DNA of 57,414 nt, counting the filler, from Bipalium vagum (lineage: Eukaryota), in assembly GCA_037834085.1 (NCBI GenBank). It is 3 parts of 3 records of this genome, joined end to end, with 100 filler letters (N's around TTAATTAATTAA, not from the genome) between each part and the next. Parts side by side here need not be neighbours in the genome. Positions count along the whole stretch, not along the records: positions 1 to 16,862 come from JBBMKC010089649.1; 2 more parts are not named here. One strand, written 5' to 3'. Both the position numbers and the translations under genes were made by a program. Every line of letters starts with the position of its first letter. Position 1 is the stretch's first letter. Positions 1-11,518 of the stretch are shown piece by piece. The notes beneath the pieces were generated by a model. The model had not been told where the DNA came from. It worked only from the letters and a program-made list of their open reading frames with translations, and did not search any database.

Positions 1-771
1 TAAATTGTCACCAGATTATTAATCAAACTGATTAAGTAAAACAAACAGCGAGAATTAATGCAACTACCCAATAATACCCAATGTACCTAATTAAACTACC
101 ATGCTGTATAAAAAATAGTTTTGATAATTCTTAACAAATTTACATTTGGGTTTGCCTGGACATTTTGAAAAATTGTATAAATTAAATAAAAACTACAGAC
201 GCTACAATAAGAAAAAAAAATTTTACCAAAATTTGGTTTATCTGAAAAAGAAAGCAAAACCAATAAAAAGCACTGATGATTATAATTATAAGTTTTAAGA
301 GCATATGTCAGTCAGGAGAAAACCTCTCAATAAATAAATTCAAGCTTCTAAAAGACAACTTATTATGAACATAATACCTGAATCGGTAAATTCACATGAA
401 TCCTTTCACTTCGAACTTTTGATTTTACATAAGAGGAACCCTATGTTTTTGATTACTAATAGAAAAAAACTCCAAGCCAAAGTCTTACAAAACGAACAGG
501 GGTATTGCATTTCACAATGCGAAATATTCAAAGAATAACAAAGAACATTATATCAATAATAAGTTGTTATCACCAGAGATGTATCTCGGTTCGCAATTAA
601 ACCAACAAAGTCCTATTATGTAGAAAAAATTTACTAATCATGTTATTATATTTTATACGTTATATTCTGTAATTAATTAATACCGTAGAGGAACTGTGTA
701 TAATGTCTTATAGATGAATGATTAAATCAATAATTGAAAATATGAACTTGAATTTAAAATAATGAGGAATT

Positions 772-935
772 GTGAATTACTTACAGATGAATTTACACTG
801 CAGTTTTTTGGATTACAGGCTGCCTGAGTTACTTCAGGATATACCATTAGCATTGAGAAAAGTCATATGGTTTATGCATGATGGAGCATCGGCGCATTTT
901 AGTAGACTTGCTCATGATCGTTGGATTGGTAGAGG
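772..935 (+). mobile_element. Decayed DD41D (rosa/Visitor-type) Tc1/mariner transposase fragment
   Basis: ORF contains LPELLQDIPL...WFMHDGASAHFSR...DRWIGRG, matching the WFQHDGAPAH...RWIGRG motif of this transposase group; internally deleted. Boundaries approximate. Confidence 0.75.
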
Positions 936-1019
936 TCTTATGCCTGACAATCCATTAATTGTTGCTTTCTTCTATTTGAATATTAATATCTGGTTGCCGT
1001 TCTTTTATTATTAATGATT

Positions 1020-1400
1020 CACATATTTTTCTTTCATCGTTATTATCGAAATTGCTCATGATTACTCTGAATTCTTCTGCGCTAACTTAACCTTTTCGCA
1101 CAACCAGATTCTTTGAGTGGTCTTAAATTTAACTAGTTCTGCTTAATTGCGAATGTTCGCTAATACATATTCAGAGGTAATGCTGTGGCTTCCCTATGTA
1201 CGTATCGGCTATTATACCCATGACATTTAAATTGATAAACAGTATTAGCCTGCAATATTGTAGGCTTTATCGTTTTAATTTTTCAATAAATTTTCGTTTC
1301 CGGTGTAATTGATGACTTTTAAATCTTCATCTTATACAGCTTTTTCTATTACCTTCTTGAAAGTTGTAAGCCTTGTTGAAAAATGGTATTTTAGCACCTA
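1020..1400 (-). mobile_element. Penelope-like retroelement GIY-YIG endonuclease remnant
   Basis: Minus strand reads ANTVYQFKCHGYNS, then after a frameshift DTYIGKPQHYL*ICISEH. This matches the VVYxFxC...TYIGKT.R.L..RI.EH signature. Boundaries approximate. Confidence 0.65.
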
Positions 1401-1559
1401 ATTGTAATCTTCCATTTAATTTCTTTTGAATTTTAATCGCTTTTCCTCACATCTTTATTAGTCATTAATTTGCTTATGATCATTCATGATCTTTTCGTAC
1501 CTTTCTATCTGATTATGCGATGTTTTTAACATGTTAGTACCATGAAAAAGTTGCGATGA

Positions 1560-1870
1560 AAGCCAAAGAATCAAGAGCTTTTGCATGACAGCGCTCCAAT
1601 CCAAACAGCTCACACACAGTGTAATTATTGAAAAAAGCTTTGTGTTGATTTGACACTCACTGTATAACCCTTATTTGACTCACAGTGACAACTTCTTGTT
1701 TAATTACTTGAAGAAATAATTAGAACAGAAGATCTAATTCCAAAGAGGATCTCATAAGACTAATTCATTATGTTTTCAATGAAAAGAATGCATCTAAGTT
1801 CGAAAATTATTTTTATTTATTAGAATGTCGATGAACCAAGTGACTGGAAGCAGAATGTCATTTGAAAAAA
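1560..1870 (+). mobile_element. Decayed mariner transposase C-terminal fragment
   Basis: LLHDSAPIQTAH...HSLYNPYLTHSDNFLFNYLK resembles HDNARPH...HPPYSPDLAPSDFxLF. It shares CAAAGAGGATCTCAT...ATGCATCTA-like sequence with a second remnant near 12580-12640. Confidence 0.6.
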
Positions 1871-2139
1871 TAATCTTTTCCGGCTACCTAGTTGTTGTAA
1901 AATATAAGTTCCATCCTACTATCATTCATATTTCTGGACCAGTCTAAGGACTTTCTATCAACACCACGTATATTAATGAATAATTAAGCTTAAAAAAAAA
2001 TAAGTGAAAAAATAGAGACAGACTTTTATAACAATAATTCAACGATCTTTTATATTCAATATACCCCAAATATATTTCAACATATCAAGCAACATGGTTT
2101 CTGAACAACAGGTTTTTAGATGAAATAATTTTATAAAAA

Positions 2140-5100
2140 TTAATCTTCAATGGTAAGGACGTCAGCAAAATGATGTGATAAATTGGTTCTCTCTAACTCC
2201 TTACCAATGGTTTTCTCTGACTTAGAGCTGTACGGCGAACCATCCAACACTGGGAAGCTAAGGGCACATCTGAACAAATTAGAATTGATGTCATCTGTAA
2301 AACAAAACACAGAATCATTCGATTTTTGAAAAAATAAGTCTTTAGGAATTTTCTTCTTTTGCAGATCAATTACGGAATCGTTATTGTAAAACATTGTTCG
2401 AAATGGGGAATTTCTTTGCCTCACTGGTGACGTTTTGATTTTCTTTCGATCTTTTGCAGCGTTTCGAATTAGATTTTGATTTTTTTCAGCCAGCAATTTG
2501 CAAACTAAATCTGTTGTTTTCGGATTCAATTCTTTGGGAGTTGACCAGTGCAATGGTTCTAGTGTATATGGATGACGTGGATAGATATCTCGAAGGTTGG
2601 GAAGGTAATCATTAAAATATTGATTTGATTTAGAATATTTCCAAATGTCAGAATTTGTAATGGCGTCCTTCAAAGGGATAGAATTCAAAAGAATTATAAA
2701 ATATTATATTTTACTTTATTTTTTCTGTTGGATAAGCTTTCCATATACTTTTCCAATCTTAATTTTCAAGAAAGAAATGATAATATTTTACACTTACAAA
2801 ATTTAATTACGAAACATTTCATAATATTTCAAATAATAACAAAATAGAACATAAAATTTTCCATTTCAAAAAAAAATCGTATTAAAAAAAAATCACATTC
2901 AATAAAATGGAGCTATTGTAGTATAGTCTACACCTAGCGACCAAAGTTTGTTTAAATATTAAAAATACAAAACGACATTTCAAAAAATATATTATAGTCG
3001 TAGGACTATAATTAAGAAAAAACACTTTTTTGATAATAAAAAACTTTCTTGTTCTGTTAAAATTGAAATAAAATTTGCGAAAAGTTTTTAAACTTTTCAT
3101 ATTATAGTAATATCATTTAAACCAATTTTAGCTAGGTCCGGACTTTAGTGCATTTCAGCCAATAAAATGTTAGTTTTATCCACTTTCAAGGATCTCCTCA
3201 AACGCTTTGATAACTGCATAATCTCGTGTTTATAGATTTTACTAGACTTTTTGTTAAAACCTGGCCAAGGTAATCTTTAGAATCTTTCAAGGAACAAAAT
3301 GTTTGAAACACATAAATGTACCTATTACATCGAAAGTATGGGGGATTGAACAAATGCATTGTGAATGTTTTTCTGGCAATAAAATACGGTAAAAAATATC
3401 CATAGAACCCAAAAAGAGTTCGTTAGAGTCATTCCAAAATCAAGATCAAGTTGATCATATTGCGAATGTCGTGATGTAGTCCATTACGAATTTCCTCTTA
3501 CTGGTTAAATAGTAAAAAAGGAATATTACTTATAAATCATACCCCTGTCAGCTAGTCTTCATTATTCATGATTTTTTGATTAATCATAAAACTAAAACCA
3601 TTCTTCTAGTATCCCTGTGATTTCTTCCTTTTCTCTTGGCTTTTATTGACATATTTTTAGCCAGTAGAATAAATTGAAAAATATTCGCTATGGATCCTGA
3701 AGGCCACTCAAAAAATAGAATATAAAAGAAGTTTTAACGAATGAAAAAAAACTGGCCTAAACAATGTGCAGTGATTGGGGAATCCTTTGAAGGGACAACA
3801 TAAATTTTAATGAATAAATATTTTGCGTTTATTTGAAAATTTTTGAGACTTTGAATACAATACTATATCTAAATTAACGAGACAGCGATGACGTCGGATT
3901 ATTAATTTTTTTAAAACCAAGATGAACGATCCATAGATCCATAGGTGAAAAAATGAAATTTATCCTTTCTTATGGTTTTTAAAAATAATAATAAAATAGA
4001 AATAAAATCAAATTTGATGAAAAAAATAAAATAAGAGAATGAACAAACAAATAATTAACGACTGATTTCACAAAAATGATAGAGTACAACGTGGAAAAAA
4101 GGGAAAATGAAAAAAAATTATTTAAAAATAATTTTTTTCATTTTTACATATTTTTGAGTCGATACAAAAAGATTTAAATTAAAAATATTTTATTGAAAAA
4201 AAGAAAATTATGTGAAAATATAAAAATAAGGAAATCTCGTCGAATGAGGATAAGTGGAAGAAAGTTTGTTAGAAAAATATTTTTTGTATAAATCGCCAAA
4301 TCAAATATAGACATATAATACATGGTGAGTTCCAAAGGAGGTGACTGGCGTTAAAAATAATAAAAATGGTAATATCCTACCTTGATTTTTAATTTCATTG
4401 TGAGTTTACTATCTGGTTATCATCATTAAAAATGACACGGTGCAAGTGTGCATCATTATTTAACATTAACAGTGACAGTATTATTTGAGGTTGTTATAAG
4501 AATCTAATGAAATATGCATAGATATAATAATACTGGAACAATGAGAAATTATCAAGATTTGTTCGATACAAGTGTCACCGGACCATTGCAGTTGATTGAA
4601 ACTGATTATTGTAAAATGCTTCGATTCTTAAAATTTTAATTAAATACCATTCTAGATTTTCGATCAATTTTCGACAGTATTAAAGACAAACAAAAAACGA
4701 TAATGACTAAAAGGTCTGTGAAAAAATCCAAAAAATGTATGAAATTTCGATGAAAAATCGATGCGTTTTTAAATACAATGTGTATCTTTGAGAAGTTCAC
4801 TAATTTTCCCAGCTGAAAATAAACAGGAAATTTTCACACATTTTGTCCTTCACTCGCTGATTGTTGATAAAATAGAAACCAGGTTGATCCAAACCAAAAA
4901 ATCTTTTGAAAAAAATCATAATTACAAATGAAACAATAATTTTGAACTGTCTTGTGTCAATTTCAGAAATCATTTTGAACTTAATTTGGAACTCTATTAA
5001 ATTGGTAATAATAAATAAATTGATAAAAGTGATGGGTTTAAAGTAAGGAGCTTCAAGACAGACATGGAAATTGTAGGAGAGAATAATGTCAGGTGAAAAA

Positions 5101-6131
5101 CGAATTGGACTGTGAACAGTTAAGAAAGATAAATTGTTCAGAAAAAGATTGAATTTGGAAAATGTATAATTGAATAAAATAACGTGATCAGGAAAACGAT
5201 TCGAAATGAGGTCTTGGTTAATTCAAACATTGTTTTTTATCTAAGATTCTTAATAAAATTACAAATTACTGGTTTTCTTTTGATATCTTCTTTTCATCTT
5301 CGTTTATTGTTTGCTTTTTAGACTTCTTAGGGACATTGTCCAAAAGCCATTTGTAAAAAGCTTGTGAACCCGAATATTGATTCTGTTCACAAATTTGAAA
5401 GTCGTGCTCCAACCGGCTCAATATTTCTATGATCTCAGACTTCTTCATTTCATACTTTTCATTAATCAACCTTGCCTTGTCTTTATGCCAACTGTAATTT
5501 GCTAATAATCTAAAGTCACAAAAACAGACAGTTAATAAATTATACATTTATTTACTTGGTGCATTTCTTGTGACCCCATATTTTGGAAAGATCTAATGGA
5601 AGATTTTCTCGTTTATCTTTAATAGTAAAATCTGCTCCGGCTTCGATTAACTGTTTTAAACAAAAATAATTTCCTTCCTTCGCAGCTTGATGAGTCGGAG
5701 TTAGACCGTCTTCATTGCAACTAATTATAGGCCATATATTATTTACAAAAATATAAAATAAAATAAAACATAGATAAATTAGCGCCTTTGTGTATCAAAT
5801 ACAGAAGCGTTTGTAGGCTAAGTTTTCCTATCTTATTATTTATACATAAATGGATTGGACGCCAACCATGTAAACTGGATAAATTTACATCAACTTTGAG
5901 ATCCTCTATTAGGTATCTAATACATTCAAATCTACCATGGATAGAAGCCAAATGTAATGCAGCCAACCCCTGTTAGCACTTATTTATTCAATTATTTTAT
6001 GTAAAGTTAGTTACATTTTCATCAAAATCGGTGTATGTATCTTTATCTCTTAAGCTTTGTTTAAGCCATTCTAAATCGCCTATTGCAGCTGCCATAAACT
6101 CATCATGGACTTTAGATTTTTCTTTTTTCAT
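2140..6131 (-). CDS. ANKRD53: Ankyrin repeat domain-containing protein 53-like, 6 exons, 430 aa
   Basis: Exons 6131-6015, 5969-5770, 5720-5556, 5509-5270, 2757-2715 and 2667-2140. All introns are GT-AG with consistent phases (45, 49, 46, 2512, 47 nt; total CDS 1293 nt). The protein MKKEKSKVHDEFMAAAIGDLEWLKQSL...GLAALHLASIHG...GLTPTHQAAKEG...LPLDLSKIWGHKKCTKLLANYSWHKDK follows the ANKRD53 pattern (AAAVGNVEWL...KIWNH..C...L....WKKDK). Confidence 0.85.
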
Positions 6132-6149
6132 TTAAAATTCGAGGTGTTG

Positions 6150-6163
6150 GTAACTATGATAAT
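6150..6163. promoter_or_regulatory. Candidate RFX X-box upstream of ANKRD53
   Basis: GTAACTATGATAAT is 1 mismatch from the X-box consensus RTHNYYWTRRNRAC and lies 19-32 nt upstream of the ATG. Confidence 0.35.
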
Positions 6164-7770
6164 AGAGAATTATAACAAAAGTTAAAGATTTATTATATCA
6201 ACTTTTAAGGCTTTATGTTTTGATTATTCTCAGTAAAATCATATGATTAAAAAAGATTTACATTCTAAAATAACTTTAAAGAAGAAATTAAAAATAATAA
6301 TAAAAATCATCAAAAAATTCAATAATTATAATTATCATAATAATAATATTATTTTTAGTAAAATAACAGAATTAATTTTTTAAAAGAAAACAAGTTGTCA
6401 CAAACACATTGTCACAAATAATGCAAATTGAATTGAAGTCTTTTTCAGGGATTTGTATTTCATCTTGTATTGATCTGCATACAGTATATAATAAAAGAAT
6501 AAATAGAAAAATATTTTAACTTTAAGGTTAAAATTATAATTTTATAATAATAAAATAATAATTACAAATATAATAATTAGTAAATGAATATGAATAATGA
6601 CCAAAGAAGTACTAGATTCATTAAGTCATCAGGATTAATAGTAAAATATTACATAATATATAAAAAATGTCGTTATACATATTATATGTATTATTTACAT
6701 GAGTATTTTCATTATAAAAAAGTTCGATATTTCGTCATTAATATCATCTGGGCCACACTCAAGTTTTAACTTATTGTGTGAAGGATAATTATAACATAAA
6801 AATTACCGTCAACGATACCGTTGGTTAAATCTTATCTACTTGGTGTATGAATTCTTTTATGAATTCCAAAGTCTATTTTAACTCGCTTATCGCAATTTTA
6901 AAAAGTTTATATTGATAAAATAAATCAAACTTCAAACATTAACAGCTATTCCTACTACAATACATAGATGAAAAAACTATTTGTCTTGCGAGACCTTTAG
7001 ACTTAATAATTAATAAAAAAGAATTTGTCTTATGAATTAAAATTAATCTACGAGTTTGGAAACTAGTGATTATTTTTCATTTTTTTATCATTATTCTATT
7101 AAATAGAACATACATATAATACATGTTTATAAAATTTCAGCCCTGTTTTTAGTAAGATAATAGACAAAATAACCTCTTCAAACCTAAAGCCCAATAAAAA
7201 GTGTGATAGTTGTGAAAAATAAATATTCTAAAGATTTTTATTTCATCATATTGATTTTGCTGTATTACTGAAAATTAATAAACTATTTTTATTCTAATTA
7301 ATTTAATAATTAGAGTAATTTCAATGAATTTTTAAAAATTATTTTTAATATTTCTTTTAGACATAAATTTTATTTACGATTTATTAATTTAAATTATATA
7401 AATAACCTTAGAATAAGAAATATTGTAACCTATTTCACCTAAAAGGATAAATAATTTATACTGAATTATCGGGATAGTAACCTAATTAATTTTTTTGGAA
7501 AAATATTTGTTAAATTTCTCTTTTTCCTTTTTATGAATCAAAAAGGTTTTCATATTTATAATTTTATGTTGAAAAAAATATTACATTTTTCATAATTTTG
7601 ACATGGAAATATCATGGTATCACACAATGATTATGACAATAGACGGTGGAGAATGTTACCATTTGAGCTCGTTCTCCATTTCATGAATTGAGTCCGTTGA
7701 TTTTCAATAATTGATTTATTACATCAATTTATCGAATAAATAAAAATTAAGTAATATCATTGATCGTTCT

Positions 7771-9829
7771 TTATTCATCTTCAGAATGATCTCCTTTTTC
7801 ATCTTCACTGCTGCTTTCCACTACAATCGTAGGGTGCTCTATCGGCTCACAAAATCTGTAATCAGCATTTGTCCCATCTACTGCCCACTGAAATTTTTCG
7901 AGCTGGGTTTTATTGTAGATTTTATTTAAGGGTATATTGTGCTTAAGTGCCCAGGCTATGGAAATTCTCGGATCTAAGTAGTTCATTTTGCTTGTGTTTA
8001 AAGCAATTTCTTTGTTTTCTTTTACTTCTGTATCCTGAACTTCCAGCTTGTGCAGGATGTCTTTGACTTTCTTTAAGCGTGTTTTAAGCTTTTCATAATG
8101 TTCGCGCTTGGCAACATCTCTTGTCATCTCAAACTCCTTCTTCAATTGCTTTGCTTGGGAGATTATTTCTTCTATTTCAGTTTTCCGTTTCTCGATCTGG
8201 CAATTAAATTATTATTAAATAGTTATTTCGAAAATGATTTTAATGTTAACATTTCAAAAAATAAATATTTATAAGCTCAAGTTTTAAAAATATTGATTTA
8301 CAGTAACCTTAATAAAAAGAAAAAACCTTTTCCTGAATGCTTCCAACTGTCTTTTCGAAGGTGTTTGATACAGTTTTCTGGTGATTACAGAGGACAGCAA
8401 CGACTTTATTTGATCTTTTGTAGTGTAGTATATGATCAGTGGTACTTCCTTTTGTATTGTCATACTTACGCAATTCTTCTTCTAGAGTCCTACTGGCATT
8501 GTAAGTTCTAAATACCTTAGCTGTCAAGCCACTCATCAGTTCATTTAAATATTGGTTTAAAGTCTCCGTATTTAATGTGTCAAATATTTTATCGTCATTC
8601 AACTTATTTTTCATGAAGAATTCAAAATTCACAAATACCTTTTTTGGAACCTCAACATTTTTCCAAAACCTTATGGAATCTTTTCCAAGAAAATCGAACT
8701 CAACATTATATTGAATTCGGTCTGCAACAATTGTCTGGTGCAACTTTACGTGCTCAACTCGCAATGAACAACATCCTACAGTATCAGCTTCATCGCTACT
8801 TTTTTCATTTCCGGGTCGGAAAGCAAAATTGTCTATTAAATACAGGACTACTGCTCGTTGTCTGATTTTCCTAACTCCGGAAGTGAAATCTTTTGTATAA
8901 GTCTTTCTTATATTATCTATCATGGTATGTAACCTTTTGGCTGTTTCATATTTCTTCCAATCCTCTTCTCCTTTCAGTCGTGAAGAAGGATTCAACATGA
9001 TATATCTAAATTTATTGGTCATGTTCTCATACCAACATGCCAGCCACGTTTTCGTGTTATCATGACGGATTTCTTTCCACTTATGTCCTTCAGGTGGTAT
9101 TGGTATCTTAGAATCTGCAGAGCAGTTGATGATTACATCTTCAGGCTGAACTCGATATTTCACTGATCCCACTTTTGGATGATCGCCTCGTCCTCGAAAC
9201 AAACCAGGAGGATCAATTCTAAAAAGACCTATTTTTTGCCTATGACCGTCCATAACACAATATCCGTACTTATCTTCAATTTCTTTGTTAATTATCTTTA
9301 ACTTCTCTTTCGACTCCTTTGACAGCTTGTCATCTTTTTCAATTAAGTTTTTATAATAAATCTGCATTGGCTTAAAATCACATTTTTCAATGTCTTTTAT
9401 TAAACACTTTTCCTCAGGACTCATTACTTCAGTCCAGTCATCCATGAAATTTTGGTTAAATGTTCGGTTTTTCGTAATATCATGGTTGTACATTTTGGCA
9501 TAAAATGAGGCAATTTCTTCAGTTTGAGGTTGTAGCTTGATGGGTCTTCCGTCATAATAAAAGTTTACATCTTCTGGCAGTGGGATGTATTCTGCAGAAA
9601 AATATGGACCAGCATGCTCTAAAAAACTCCATTTCACATTAGTTTCTACCTTTTTTTCTTTCCACCACTCCCACAACTGTTCTTTATTTTGGGTTTCAGA
9701 TTTAATTTTCGAAGATTTTTTTGATGGTTTTGTATTTTCAGCTCTTTTGATTTTTTTTATTTCATTAGACAAAACTTTATTCGAAGATGACAATACCCTT
9801 TTACGACCACAAATGACACTATCACTCAT
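7771..9829 (-). CDS. TOP1: DNA topoisomerase I (type IB), 2 exons, 642 aa
   Basis: Exon 1 is 9829-8327, then a 130-nt GT-AG phase-0 intron (8326-8197), then exon 2 at 8196-7771. Motifs: WSFLEHAGP, PPGLFRGRGDHPK, FRPGNEK, DTVGCCSLR, FLGKDSI, AKVFRTYNAS, LCNHQK, SKMNYLDPR. The catalytic R/K/R/H/Y pentad is intact. Confidence 0.96.
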
Positions 9830-11518
9830 GAATTGTTTTATTGATAACTTACTTTAAAATTATGCAATATTAAAACAATTTAAAGTCGATTACTCGAATA
9901 TTAATTGATTATCTTGATTATTTTAATTTTAATGATTTTATGTAAATATTATCGAGAACCAAATTAATTGTGTAACGCTTAATAAATAAATTTAAAAATG
10001 TTATGTTAGTTTCTGTTTTAATTAAATAATAATAGTAATTAAAAAATCATAATTACTTAATTCATTTTAATATAAATTTAATTATTTTTTAAATTTCATT
10101 TTTATTGTTTGTTTTATTTGAAATTGTATAACAGAATGTTCAAAATATTCTGAAAAGGTTATTTTAATGTCGTACCACATTTACTTGGATTAGTTTTAAC
10201 CTAAAACAAATTTATTCCACAAACGTACACAACCCTGTAATTTTTTTTAACCAAGATTGTTAATCTGCATTAATTTTGTGTGTTTTTATTTTTTAAAATA
10301 AAACAAAAACAGTAAATGAATTTAGAATGAAAATAAATAAAAATTAATTACATTTACATCAAAATATCCATTTTATTAAAAAAATATATTGAGTGACCTA
10401 GAAAGTTCTTATTGTTTTAATTTCATGTATTACAAGTCCAATAATAATACGTTATTATTTAAAATAATCTCCCTCATAAATGAATTGAGTATCTTTGAGC
10501 GCGAAAAAGTGCCAATTCCAATTCGATCATTCTTTAGGAATTCTTTTTGCCGTAAATGATTGGTTTCAGATAAGAACATTTAATGATCAATTGGAGAAAT
10601 ATGGGGAAAGTTATGGAGGATGAGGCAATACCAATATATTACTAGAGACTGGAATTTTATGTGCCAGAAATTCGTGAATTATGTGCATAATTATGTGCTA
10701 AATTTATTATATAATATTACTAAATCAAAAAATATATAATTATTATATTGATTAAGAACCAAAAATATAGAAACAATAGTCTTATATCAGCTTAAGTAAT
10801 TAAATTTTGTTTAAATTAAAATGTTATCTTGGGATTCAAAAAATAATCCTGTTATAAATTTCATTTCTATTGTTATTTTCACAACATCTCCTTTAGTACA
10901 TCATTCTGTCGCTTAAGTCTGTTGTTTTACTGAATGGTCTTATCTAAACTAAATATCTTCTTGATTAATTTGTATCAAACCGTTGATTATAATCAATTTA
11001 ATTTTATAAAATAAAATTCGTTATTTGTTACCATTGTTAATTTATTTTATTTGTTTTTAATTAGGGCAAGTAAAAGTTAATAAAGTTCAAATGTGTCCTA
11101 TAGGTTCTCTTGACCTACAAAGCATGTGTATACCAATATTAATAATAATCATCCATAGGCATGTTTTTGAAATCTACTAAAAAAAGTACAGTTTTTCTTC
11201 GATTAGATTGAATTGATTATATTTACCTTTTATTAATGAAAGAATGTCTAGACTATTTTTCAATTATTTAATTACTTCTTAAAGTGTTTTCGAATAAAAG
11301 AATAAAACATACAAATCTTTATTTTATGTAAGCCTTTCTGTTCAATAATTTTTGCGTATCGAAAAGTTTGGAAAAATCACATCGATGTCATATTGCATAT
11401 ATTGTAAAGTATTAGAACTATTTTTTTTATAAAAGTTAAAACAAAAACATCTAAAATAAATAACCAAATCGAACAGTCAGGACAACAATACTTGTCAATA
11501 AAAACATGTTTCTAATAA

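Noticed and set aside
4800-5230. Long stop-poor minus-strand frame inside ANKRD53 intron 4
   Set aside because: No compatible splice sites are needed because exon 4 joins exon 5 in phase. It looks like the antisense of a decayed plus-strand remnant.
7648-7679. 9-bp hairpin downstream of TOP1 as a possible SECIS or ncRNA
   Set aside because: No 3' GA to complete the SECIS core, TOP1 has no in-frame TGA, and no other ncRNA signature is present.
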